From Candidatus Poribacteria bacterium (GTDB lineage: Bacteria > Poribacteria > WGA-4E > WGA-3G): a DNA stretch of 64,000 nucleotides. Numbering within the stretch: position 1 is the first letter of the stretch; each line of letters begins with the position of its first letter. Of the stretch, positions 39,474 to 49,743 are shown in pieces. The notes under the pieces are model-generated. The model was not told the DNA's origin. It ran no database searches and saw only the letters and a program-made list of their open reading frames with translations. The stretch covers positions 3,488,001 through 3,552,000 of the forward strand of contig OZ244048.1 in NCBI GenBank assembly GCA_965215265.1, written 5' to 3'. The translations under genes and the position numbers were made by a program.

Positions 39474-40853
39474 ATGCAGCCAAATATCCTCTTGCTCATG
39501 ACAGATCAGCAACGTTGGGACGCGATGGGATGCAGTAGCGACTGGGTTAAAACCCCGAACTTAGATCGAATTGCCAGCGAAGGGGTACGCTTCACTCATT
39601 GCGTTACCACATCGCCTGTCTGTATTCCGACTCGGCTCAGCTTAGCAACAGGATTGTACCCGCACAACACCGGCGTTTGGAACAACATGAATCATCAACT
39701 AGCACCGGAAACGCAGACGTGGATGCAGGCAGTGCGTGATGCCGGCTACCGGACCAGTCTCTTCGGCAAAACTCACCTGCACCCGCACCACGGAGATTTG
39801 CGTGAACGGGAAGGTTTGATGAATGCCTACGGATTGGACGATGTCAATGAAATCGGTGGACCGCGCGCGAGTGCGAATGTGCTATCACACATGACATCGA
39901 AATGGGAGGCAAAGGGGTTATGGGATGCTTATCGCGCAGATTATAGAGAACGTTTCAGTACGAAACCCTACCTCGTCCGGCCATCTGTGCTTGGACTAGA
40001 AAACTATGCGGATGTCTACGTTGGGCAACAAGCGAAGCGGTATCTTGAACGCTACGATCGGGCACAGCCCTGGTGCTGTTGGGTGAGTTTCGGTGGGCCG
40101 CATGAGCCGTGGGATACCCCGGAGCCCTACGCCAGCATGTACGATCCGGATGCAATGCCATCGGCAATACCGCGTCCGGTCACCGGAGAGAGGCCACGTG
40201 GGTACTTAGATCAACTCTTGGAACGCGTTAATCCCTCCTTTGAAGAGGGTGAAATCGGAAGGCTACGTGCGAACTACGCCGGCAATGTCACACTGATTGA
40301 CGCACAAATTGGCGAAATCTTGGATACCATTCAGGCTCGCGGCGAATTGGATAAGACTATAATCGTTCATACCTCCGACCATGGCGAGATGAACGGGGAC
40401 TATGGGTTAATTTACAAAAGCAATTTCCTGAATGGCGCGGTGCGAGTGCCTCTGTTGGTTAGAACCCCTGAAACATTAAAAACTAAAATTGCAGGAAGTC
40501 TCTGTGATAGTCTTGTTGAATGGATTGATATCGGCCCAACGCTTGTTGACTCCGCAGGTGGCGAGCTAAAACACCGTCAATTTGGCAAGTCACTATGTCC
40601 GGTTTTGGACAGTCCAGAGGTAACACACAGGGACTTCGCTATCTCTGAAATAGAAGGCGAAGTGATGTTGTTAAATCGCGAATGGAAAATCGCACTCAAT
40701 GCAAACGGAGAAACATACCTCCTCTTTGACGTTCAAAAAGACCCGGCGGAGACGCATAACCTTGCTGGCTCTACCGACATGACAGATGTCGAAACGGAAC
40801 TCCGGCTGCAAATTTTAGAACGGCTTGTGCAGACACAAACGAGACATGCTTGA
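39474..40853 (+). CDS. Sulfatase (formylglycine-dependent)
   Basis: 'PNILLLMTDQQR', CxPxR motif 'CIPTR', 'GKTH', 'PHEP', 'SDHGE'. Confidence 0.93.
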   Translation: MQPNILLLMTDQQRWDAMGCSSDWVKTPNLDRIASEGVRFTHCVTTSPVCIPTRLSLATGLYPHNTGVWNNMNHQLAPETQTWMQAVRDAGYRTSLFGKTHLHPHHGDLREREGLMNAYGLDDVNEIGGPRASANVLSHMTSKWEAKGLWDAYRADYRERFSTKPYLVRPSVLGLENYADVYVGQQAKRYLERYDRAQPWCCWVSFGGPHEPWDTPEPYASMYDPDAMPSAIPRPVTGERPRGYLDQLLERVNPSFEEGEIGRLRANYAGNVTLIDAQIGEILDTIQARGELDKTIIVHTSDHGEMNGDYGLIYKSNFLNGAVRVPLLVRTPETLKTKIAGSLCDSLVEWIDIGPTLVDSAGGELKHRQFGKSLCPVLDSPEVTHRDFAISEIEGEVMLLNREWKIALNANGETYLLFDVQKDPAETHNLAGSTDMTDVETELRLQILERLVQTQTRHA

Positions 40854-41175
40854 TTGGAAATCGCACTCCTTAAATAGTTCAACGAGAATTAAGAAGAATA
40901 TGAACGTTGAAGGATGGCTGTCAAACTGACATGCGCGAACCTTTGAAAATGTTCGCTACGGTTCCATCTCCGGTTATTCAAGATGTGTGCCGGAAAACAG
41001 ATTAACAGAACGGCCACTTATGAGGTGCTCGCCCTAAGCTGCGAGAATTGGAGCCGTTGAATAGAAATTTTTGGGGTGAGGATAATGGTTAGTGAATTAT
41101 CGAATCTCCGTAGGCAAGGAGTGGTACGCTCGCCTACGGAGATTTTTATATCCAATAGAACAGAGACCGGCGACT

Positions 41176-42959
41176 TTATATGGATGCGGTATCGTTCAGT
41201 TGTTTCAGGTGGTTTGCATGACGTACCAACTCGATCAATTCATCCAGCTGTGGCGTTTGCAAGTTGAGACCTTTCAGCATCTTCTGGACAGTTTCTAAGG
41301 AGCCTTTCCTTGCCCAATAACTGTCTCGAAGGATTTCCGCGTAGTGAGCAACAGCGGTAGCGAGTTGAAAAGCGGGTGATGCCTCCTCAAAAGTGCGATG
41401 TAGGGCTTCTAGGGAGAGAGCCTCCTGAATCTCCGTCACCTGCTCGGTGTCCGGATCTTCGTGCCGGATGAATACAGTTGCGAGGGTACCGACAGCATTT
41501 TCATGAAGTTTAATCTCATAGAGTGCGGTGACACTATGGCCTGCACCGACTTCGCCAGCATCCACTGCGTCATTGCGGAAGTCTTTATGCGCAAGCCACC
41601 GGTTCTCATAGCCGAGGAGCCGGAACCGGCTGACTGTCTTAGGATTGAACTCAACCTGAATTTTGGAATCTTTGGCGATGAGCTGCAACGTGCCGGTCAA
41701 ATTTTCGACAAAGATGCGCTTCGCCTCCTTCAAGGTATCAACATAGGCGTACATACCGTTGCCTTTATTGGCAAGTTGCTCCATGAGCTCGTCGTTGTAG
41801 TTACCCATGCCGAAACCGACGGTCGTCAGCATAATCCCTTCCTTGACATAGGTTTCAATCTCTTTGAGAATACCCGAGGCACTCGTAATCCCTTCATTTG
41901 CAACGCCATCGGAGCAGAGAATCACGCGGTTGATGCAATCCTTTTGGAAATTCTGAAGTGCGAGCTCGTATCCCTTCCGGAGGCCATCCTCGGCATTTGT
42001 CACGCCAGAGGTGTGAAGGGATTCAATTGTTTCTAAGATATGCTCACGGTTGCTAATGCGGGTATGGGGTAGCACGACCTCGGCATCGGTGCCATAAATG
42101 ACGATACCGACTTCGTCTTTCGGTCGCAGCTGCTCAACTAAAAGTCTCAAAGCGCGTTTGACTAACCCTAACCGGCTTTCCATAGACATAGAGCCGGAAA
42201 CATCAATCACGAACGTCAGGATTGCGTTCTTCCGTTCATCCGCTTCAACAACGCGCCCTTGAATACCGATGCGCAGCAATTGAAGCCGCTTGCCCTCCCC
42301 GAACTTGGAAGGCGCGGCTTCAAGATGAATAGCGAATGCCTCTTCCATTGGAGGAGTGTAACCGTAATCAAAGGCGTTCACAAATTCCTCAACGCGCACT
42401 GCATCTTTCGGGGGTAAGTGTCCATCTCGGAAGTAGCGTCGCGCCACAGCATAGGACGCAGTATCCACGTCCATAGCGAATGTCGAAAAGGGGTCATCTT
42501 CTGTATCGATAAACGGATTGGTGCCGTGATGCTGAAAATAGACATCAGGATAGGCGGCATCGTTAGGGGGTTCAAACCTTGGGCTTGAGGGTTTGCAACA
42601 TCAAAGGATGCCGCTGCTCCCGCGTATTTTGCTTTGATGGAGCGGCGTTGCACATGTCTGTTTTCAACGACAGTGCTGCTATGCAAAGTCCCCTTAATGA
42701 CAGGTTTTCGTACCATCGGTTCCGGGGGTGCCAAGGGGTTAATAATATCAGCAGTTACTAAATTCCGATTCGTATATTGATGCTGAGTGTTCCCGGGATA
42801 ATAAAGCCCGGCAATAACCGCAACGATTAAGTGGAACGTCAGCGAAATTACAAGGGATCCTGGAAGTTTTTGTCTCCTAAAACGTTCAAGTGTTTTTGAC
42901 GTGAAAGGGAGTGTGCCCATCTCGCCAGAGATTTTTTTGTGAGTTCCTTTAATACGCAT
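41176..42959 (-). pseudogene. YfbK-like vWA domain protein, frameshifted near 42575-42600
   Basis: C-terminal frame 'GTNPFIDT...STFAMDVDTASY...DVSGSM...SDGVAN...RLLGYENR' begins just after a TGA at ~42600; the N-terminal TM-anchored part is in another frame. Confidence 0.75.
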
Positions 42960-43189
42960 TGCTTTATACCTCCAAAAAATTTTACCTGTTTTGGACAGTA
43001 TAGCGCAATTTTCGTGCCACTTTCGGAAACGCGATAAATGGACAGATATCGGGTATTCGCGGAGAGGTCCTGCACGAAAAAGGGCAAATCTGTTTTCAAA
43101 TTGTACAAAATCGTGCAGCGCGGTGTACGCCTTTTACGGCAGCTCAGAGGCTATGTTCTCTGATATTCCGGGCATCCGTTAGACAGTGC

Positions 43190-45862
43190 TTATCCATCTG
43201 TCTGCTGTAAGAACTGTCGAAGTCCGTGTAACGATTGCCCACTGAAAAATCGCCACTCGTTTTGGTGAACGAAGAGGTAGTGCCACGGCACAGCGGATTC
43301 GGACGCTGCACGACACCATGAACGTCCTGCGATCGCTTTTTGCCCGGCGTTCTCATCAGGCATTCCCTTCGTCTCGATGAGGAAATGCGCACCGCGGCTG
43401 TCACAAACGACGAAGTCGGGGATATAACGTGCAATGCGCCCTTTTTCTGTTAGATAGTCAATCCGGAGGGCTTCAGGTCCTGCATTCTTCGCGAAGGCTT
43501 TAACATCAGTAGCAGCGTCCAGCCACCGGGTGAACTCTGCCTCAAAATGGCGATGACATGGTACTAAATTGAACATCGTCTTATTTGCAGTAACGACGGG
43601 GTTTCGTTCACTCGCCGTGAACGGGTACGGTTGCCATGTAGACAACCGCATCGGTGCCGTTTCAAAGGCACGCCTCTTGCGCGTCTCCGTTAGTCGCTCT
43701 AAAATTAAGGGGGCAAACACAGCATGGATACGTTGGACAACATCGTCATCGCTGAGGCGCTGAATGAGGCGCGCGTCAGTCAGTGTTACTTTTTCTTCAA
43801 AGAGCATCTCTGTGAGAAATTGTGCCAAGAGCGGTGCAATAATCGGGTGTAGTATCGGCGGGAGACAACAGACACGCTCTAACTGTTTGACGAAATAAGA
43901 GATGGCTGTCCAACCGTTTTCAAGGAGCGGCAGGTGAAACGGCATCCATTCAACGAGCTGATTGGTGATGAGGTGGCGCCCTATGTATTCAGCGGTTTGT
44001 GGGTTTGCTAATGAGAGTTTGGGCAGCTCAGCACACCGCCCTTCAACATCCCGGCGGTTGATAGCGTCAAGTGCGACAAGATTTAGCCAGTGTGCATCGG
44101 AGATGCACGGGATTTCGATATCAAGTGCAGGAATCTGTTCCGGGTAGATTGAAACAACGGTGGATTTGATGGTAGTCGGCTCTTGGATAATTGGGGTGAC
44201 TCCTTCTATTCCGAGTGCCTCTTGATATAAAGTGTTAAACGCCGGATGCTCAATGACGACAACTGTCTCAGCGACTTCCGTCGTGTCGGGGTGTGTGATT
44301 CTGCGTAAGCCTCTACCGAGTGTCTGTTCCGGCAAGATTTTGGAGTCGGCTGTAAACGGCCGAAGCGGCACAATTACTGTGACGTTTTTGACATCCCATC
44401 CTTCTCGTAACATGAGTACAGAGACGATGCAAGCATAGGGGTTCTGATTGCTATCCAGTTCTCTGCTCAGCTTGCGGAGGGCCTTCAAATCCGCGTTGCT
44501 CATCTGTTTTTCGTTTTCAATGAACTCGCCGTGCTTGTTGATTTTTCCTTTTAGGTTTGTATGGAGATTAAGCGTCTTCCCGTTGAGTTTCTCAAAGTGT
44601 GGGTCGGTGTTGAGAAGTTTTGTAATTTGATCTGCGGCTTGCGTATTCTCACACATGACAAACAGCAACACTTTTTTTCCAACCTTTTCCCATTCAAAAA
44701 AACTCGCCTTCCATCTTTTGTAACCGAGTTCCAAATGTGCACGATACTTTTCGGCAGCGTTATCGGAAGAGTTTTGTTGCAGCGCCGCAGAACCGATAAC
44801 TGGGACTTTCACAATGCCTGCATCGACAGCTTCGCCCAAGGGTGTGTCGCAGACGATATGTTTTAGGGGGGTGCCGCTTCTGTCGCGCGGGGTAGCAGAG
44901 AAGTCGAGCTGCGCCACAAGGCCGCTCCTGTGCCGGTTCTCCGCTTCCTGATGGAAGAATTGGATGGCTTGACTCCACGCCAGATCCGGGTGCCAGATGT
45001 GATGTGCCTCATCGTTCAGGACCATCAGCCGCGATTCACTGGCGATGCGCTCGCGGAGTGCTGCCCCGATGTCTATGGACGAAGTAGGGGTGACAGCCGG
45101 GCCCATAAATGTATAATACTGATTCGCCTTTTCCTGTTGCTTCGGATACAACTTTTGGATGTTGGTGAGGTAAAGCACACCATTCCCTGCACCACCGGGT
45201 TCGTTTTGATGGATGACGTTGAGGTGCCAGTCCTTTTTCCACGCTGGAGGGATTAATGGATCGTTATCAAAGATTTCTCCGTCTCCGAAATCTTCTAAAA
45301 GCCGCTCTGTAACAGTAAGTCCTGGGGCGATTACTAGAAATCGTGTTGTTAGTTCAGAATTGGGCTCTCGGCGTGCGTGGAAGTAACTCCAGACAATGGC
45401 GAGACTCATGCACTTCGTTTTGCCGGTGCCGGTTGCGAGTTTAAAGGCGTACTTCGGCCACGCATTGTCCGTGCGCGGCACCCCCGCCGCTACCAATTCG
45501 GCATTAAGCGAATAATCATATTTGGCGATGAGGCCAGAAACGCTCCGAATCTGCGCAACTTCATACAAGTAAATGAGCGTTTCGATGGCTTCTTGTTGAC
45601 AAAAGTAGTATCGGAATTCACGTTCGCCGATTAGATGCTCGCCGCCGAACCAGTGCGTTAGTAGTACACGCGATGTCTCGCTCGCACCCTCATACCCGGC
45701 TTCACGCCACGTTCCAACGGCACGGCGCAGCGCGTTAGGCACAGCAAGGTGCGATGGGCGGCGCCCCGCTGCTATATTGCCTGCTTGACGATGCCGATTC
45801 GGTTCTTCCCATGGTGCGTGCAGTCGCGAAAGTTCTTGTCGGTCAACATGCAATGTTGTCAT
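43190..45862 (-). CDS. Type III restriction enzyme Res subunit (SF2 helicase + PD-(D/E)xK nuclease)
   Basis: Walker A 'ATGTGKT', Walker B 'NDEAHH', 'SATP', 'LREGWDV', 'EQTLGRGLR', 'YIPDFVV...IETKG'. Confidence 0.93.
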   Translation of the reverse strand: MTTLHVDRQELSRLHAPWEEPNRHRQAGNIAAGRRPSHLAVPNALRRAVGTWREAGYEGASETSRVLLTHWFGGEHLIGEREFRYYFCQQEAIETLIYLYEVAQIRSVSGLIAKYDYSLNAELVAAGVPRTDNAWPKYAFKLATGTGKTKCMSLAIVWSYFHARREPNSELTTRFLVIAPGLTVTERLLEDFGDGEIFDNDPLIPPAWKKDWHLNVIHQNEPGGAGNGVLYLTNIQKLYPKQQEKANQYYTFMGPAVTPTSSIDIGAALRERIASESRLMVLNDEAHHIWHPDLAWSQAIQFFHQEAENRHRSGLVAQLDFSATPRDRSGTPLKHIVCDTPLGEAVDAGIVKVPVIGSAALQQNSSDNAAEKYRAHLELGYKRWKASFFEWEKVGKKVLLFVMCENTQAADQITKLLNTDPHFEKLNGKTLNLHTNLKGKINKHGEFIENEKQMSNADLKALRKLSRELDSNQNPYACIVSVLMLREGWDVKNVTVIVPLRPFTADSKILPEQTLGRGLRRITHPDTTEVAETVVVIEHPAFNTLYQEALGIEGVTPIIQEPTTIKSTVVSIYPEQIPALDIEIPCISDAHWLNLVALDAINRRDVEGRCAELPKLSLANPQTAEYIGRHLITNQLVEWMPFHLPLLENGWTAISYFVKQLERVCCLPPILHPIIAPLLAQFLTEMLFEEKVTLTDARLIQRLSDDDVVQRIHAVFAPLILERLTETRKRRAFETAPMRLSTWQPYPFTASERNPVVTANKTMFNLVPCHRHFEAEFTRWLDAATDVKAFAKNAGPEALRIDYLTEKGRIARYIPDFVVCDSRGAHFLIETKGMPDENAGQKAIAGRSWCRAASESAVPWHYLFVHQNEWRFFSGQSLHGLRQFLQQTDG

Positions 45863-47777
45863 CAGGACACCTCCACTCGGACGGTAATATCGGTATCGCA
45901 GCCGAACACGTCCACGACACGCACGCAGGCAAAGTGCTCACCCGGTGCCGCGTATTTGTGGCACGCAGTGCTGACGGGGCTGAGGGACCTGTCTTTGTTG
46001 GTGCGATAGTCCTGCCAGTGATGCGTAAACGGCTTATCGCAGGCCCATTCAAAATCCACCGCCCAAAAGTCTATAAAGTCAAACGGCTTTTTGGCGGCAA
46101 GGTCCTTATTTTTTTCTAATTGGTTGGCTGGGATTTCCGCAAAATCTGGGACGAAGTCGGTGAGGCGGATGTCAACGGTGCCGTCTTTGTGATAGACGGG
46201 CTCAGCTTGCAAATAGGCGGGGGCAAGAAACAGCGCGGATGTCCGGTTTTTCTCCATCACCTCGCGCGGGATGCGGATGGGTTGTAAGGTGATACCGTGC
46301 GAGGCTTTGATCGCTTCCACCGTTTGGTGGAATTCCATCTCGAACTCCCAAGCGAGACAGTATAATTTCTGATTTACCCCCCCCCTTGATTGTTGTTAAG
46401 TATAGTTCCCATCATTTCTGCCACGGTCGCCTTGCCGAAGATGGTATCTATCGGAGCAACGTAACAGTAGGCACCGTCCTTGATACCGTGCAGGTCCGGA
46501 GAGGGTTGGTGTTTTGGTGCGAGCACTTCTGCCCCGAAGAGTTCCAAGACGACGCGGCGGTGTTCGGTTTCTGCACCTTTGAGGTGTGCCTTCTGCCACC
46601 ACTGCCGTTCATATCTACCGGCATTATAGACATCGAAGGAACGGTACGGTTTCTCCGCAGTGTGCAGTTCGCGTTGCAGCTCAATCATCCGTTTGCGGGT
46701 GGTGTGGATGGCAAACCGGCCTAAATCCGACAGAATCCACCGTCTGCCCAGCTGCTCAGCAACGGCTCCGGTGGTGCCGCTGCCACAGAAGGGATCTAGC
46801 ACAATATCGCCTTCGTTAGAGGACACTTTAATGATACGTTCAAGCAGCTTCACCGGTTTTTGCGTAGGATAACCAAGACGTTCTTTTGATTGTGTTGCGG
46901 TGCCGAATCCTTTTATATCTGTCCACCATGAAAGAACAGGTACACCTTTAGCTTCATCCAAATAGATTCGTCGTTCCGAGCCATCAGCTCTTTTTGAATG
47001 CTTACGGTACAACCGTCCATCTTCGTCTGTATGACGGTACGCTGTTGCGATACGTTCTTGTGAATACGGAGTGTATTGTGGATTAAAAACTGCGTCGGTT
47101 CCAGAGTAGAACAGAATTACGTCATGTTTTCGCGGAAATCTGTTAGTTATCGGACTATTGCTTGCCTTATAACTCCAAACCAACTCATTCCTAAAATACT
47201 GCACACCAAAAATCTCATCCATAAGCAACTTCAGATAGTGGCTCATCGTCGGGTCGCAGTGGAGATAGATGGAGCCGTCTTCTGCGAGTAGGTCCCGCAT
47301 TAGGGTTAAGCGTTCGGACATAAAGTGGAGATAGGAGGCCGTGCCTTTTCCCCACATATCGCAATACGCGACGGTTTCCAACGGAGACTGCCCTTTGGCA
47401 ACCTTTGTTTTTTCCTCGCCTATTGGCAATGCCATTTTAAAGTTAGCCCCGACGTTGAAGGGCGGGTCTGCGTAGATGAGGTTCACCTTCCCGCGGAACT
47501 CCGAGAGCAGACTTGCCATCACCACCTTATTATCGCCCCATATCAGTCGGTTTCGGAAGTCATCTTGACGCTGGGTTTGCCTCTCAAAGAGTTCAATTTG
47601 TCCACTGGCGAATGCCTCGCTGCGTGGCTGGTCAACCTGTTCGATGTGTTGGAGGGGTAGCGTTGCGGCGTTGATGTCAATGGGCCGTCTGTTGCCCTGT
47701 TCGTCGTATTTGCCCTCCCAGATCAGCTCGGTTTTGCGAGTGGAGAGCGGATGCGGGTGGTCTGCGGTGTATTTCAT
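45862..47777 (-). CDS. Type III R-M Mod subunit (beta-class N6-adenine MTase), frameshifted at a G9 tract
   Basis: 'NRLIWGDN', 'YADPPF', 'YPTQKP', 'DPFCGSGT'. ORF 46374-47777 ends GGG GGG GGG TAA; the shifted frame continues VNQKLYCLAWEFEMEFHQ into ORF 45862-46338, whose stop overlaps the res start. Confidence 0.88.
46377..46385 (-). repeat. G9 homopolymer in mod (C9 on + strand)
   Basis: 'ttta CCCCCCCCC ttga'; G10 or G7 would restore the frame. Confidence 0.9.
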
Positions 47778-47936
47778 GCATGGTGCCTTTCTGTTGTGGG
47801 TTGATGTATTATACCATTTTTCAGATATTGTATTTCATAAGCAGGTTTTATGGAATATGAGAATGCCGTGTGCCGGACGATAAATTGCTCTGTTCCAAGT
47901 TGGTTATTTCTGCAGAGAAAGCAAAAATAAGTCGTT

Positions 47937-48638
47937 TTACGCTCTGCCGTAAACTGGTATTGCGGCACCGTTGATGACAGAGGCCTCTTCTGAGGTAAGA
48001 AAGCAGATGACTTTAGCGATGTCTGCGGGTGCGACCCACCGGGAGTGGTCTTCGTCTGGCATGGATTCGCGATTAGCGGGGGTGTCGATGACGCTGGGCA
48101 TGATGGCGTTAACGTTGACCCCGGCATCCATAACTTCTGCGGCTAAAGCTTCGGTCAAGGTTCGGACTCCGCCTTTTGAGACGCAGTATGCACTGAGTCC
48201 GGCTTCGCCTTTTAGGCCGGCACGTGCAGAAACGTTGACAATTTTGCCGTTGCCGCGCGCGGTCATCTGTGGGAGTGCGGTTTTGCAGCAGAGGAAAACG
48301 GATTTGAGATTCAGGTTCATCATGAAATCCCATTTCTCTATGTCTAGTTCAGCGGCAGGGGTTCCGCCGACGAAGCCGCCGACGATGTTCACCAGTACGT
48401 CGATCTGTCCGAATGTTGAGAAGCATTTCTTAACGTTGGCTTCCTCGGTAACGTCTGCGAACAAGAAAGTAACATCTTCGCTGATGTCCGGGTTGTAGTG
48501 TTTGAAACGTTCGACCTCATTTTCAAAGAGGTAGGTAACGGCGACATTGTCGCCTTGGGCGATGTATGCTTTTGTGACAGCACTGCCTAGGATGCCGGTG
48601 CCGCCGGTGATAAGGACGTTACGTTTTTGTTCAGCCAT
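47937..48638 (-). CDS. SDR family oxidoreductase
   Basis: TGGTGILG, 'NVSA', YxxxK 'YCVSK', 'DTPANR'. Confidence 0.92.
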   Translation of the reverse strand: MAEQKRNVLITGGTGILGSAVTKAYIAQGDNVAVTYLFENEVERFKHYNPDISEDVTFLFADVTEEANVKKCFSTFGQIDVLVNIVGGFVGGTPAAELDIEKWDFMMNLNLKSVFLCCKTALPQMTARGNGKIVNVSARAGLKGEAGLSAYCVSKGGVRTLTEALAAEVMDAGVNVNAIMPSVIDTPANRESMPDEDHSRWVAPADIAKVICFLTSEEASVINGAAIPVYGRA

Positions 48639-48686
48639 TTTTTAGGCTCCTCCTCGGTTTTTCAATTAGTGTGTTAGTTTAGTGCA

Positions 48687-48715
48687 ATGATAACACGTAT
48701 CGGAAAAGGTGTCAA
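48687..48715 (-). promoter_or_regulatory. sigma70 promoter of the SDR gene
   Basis: Minus strand TTGACA-17-TATCAT with TG extension. Confidence 0.55.
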
Positions 48716-49728
48716 GCGAATTTCGTGTCAGCGGGTAGTACCCCGATGCCGGGGCGGTTGGGCAAAATGAGTTTTCCTTTATCGAGCGTAACGCCGGCGT
48801 ACGGGTCATCTTCGATGAGCAGGTTCCCATCCAGATCTGCGTAATCAACGAGCGGGGTCAGGTGCGCGGCGGCGGTAATAGCGAGCGAGCTCTCTATCAT
48901 ACACCCGATCATGACAAGTAAGCCGTGTGCACGAGCAACGTGTATCATCTTGAGAGCCTCAATCAAGCCGCCACACTTTACCAGTTTGATGTTGATGCCG
49001 TCGACGCATTCAGCGAGCGCTGGGATATCAGCTGCCCGTTTGACGGATTCATCGGCAATGATAGGGAGTTCGGTATGTTCTTGAACGAATTTGAGTGCGT
49101 TCAAGTCGTTAGGGTTTGTGGGTTGTTCAATCAGTTCAATGTTGTATTGTGTGAGTTGTTGAATTTTTTTTACAGCTTCTTTGGGTTTCCATGCGGTGTT
49201 TGCATCGACATAGATGGGTTTGTCCGTAATCTGACGGATTGCTTGGATGATCTCGATATCGCGCGGTGTCCCGAGTTTTACCTTTAGAATGGGAAATGCT
49301 TGTGCATGGCGTGTTTTCTTGGCCATCACTTCGGGCTCGTCCAGTCCGATGGTGAAGGAAGTATTGGGTGTTTTCTCTGGGTTAAGTCCGCAGAGTTGAT
49401 AGAGTGGGGCCCCCAATTTTTTGCCGAGCCGGTCGTGCAGTGCGATATCAATGGCGGCTTTGGCGGCGTAATTTCCACCGAGTGTTGTTTCGAGGCGTGC
49501 CATGACATCATGAATTGCGTCAAGATTGCCATCAAGCTGAGGCTCCAGGATTTCCAATGCGGTTGTGACTGTCTGGACAGTTTCTCCGTAGAATTGCGCA
49601 GGTGCTGCTTCACCGATGCCGCCATCGATTTGTACAGACAGTATTTCTCTATATGTATCCACGGTGCGGCGGGCAATTTTGAAAGGATGCTGTAGTTTGA
49701 GTTGCGTGATCGTTGTAGCGATATGCAT
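48712..49728 (-). CDS. Dipeptide epimerase (L-Ala-D/L-Glu epimerase, enolase superfamily)
   Basis: 'KVKLG', 'VDAN', 'IEQP', 'ADES', 'NIKLVKCGG', 'GCMIES', 'DLDG'. Confidence 0.9.
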   Translation of the reverse strand: MHIATTITQLKLQHPFKIARRTVDTYREILSVQIDGGIGEAAPAQFYGETVQTVTTALEILEPQLDGNLDAIHDVMARLETTLGGNYAAKAAIDIALHDRLGKKLGAPLYQLCGLNPEKTPNTSFTIGLDEPEVMAKKTRHAQAFPILKVKLGTPRDIEIIQAIRQITDKPIYVDANTAWKPKEAVKKIQQLTQYNIELIEQPTNPNDLNALKFVQEHTELPIIADESVKRAADIPALAECVDGINIKLVKCGGLIEALKMIHVARAHGLLVMIGCMIESSLAITAAAHLTPLVDYADLDGNLLIEDDPYAGVTLDKGKLILPNRPGIGVLPADTKFA

Positions 49729-49743
49729 GTTGTTCTATTGCAT

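Noticed and set aside
40880-41170. Possible gene remnant between the sulfatase and vWA genes
   Set aside because: Only short frames with stops and no recognisable motif
43133-47953. 10-bp inverted match TTTACGGCAG flanking the type III R-M locus
   Set aside because: Too short, one copy lies within the SDR coding end, and there is no target duplication or mobility gene
47971-48498. Long antisense ORFs here and over floA, mod, nfeD, ctpA and the ECF ATPase
   Set aside because: Shadow frames of well-supported opposite-strand genes
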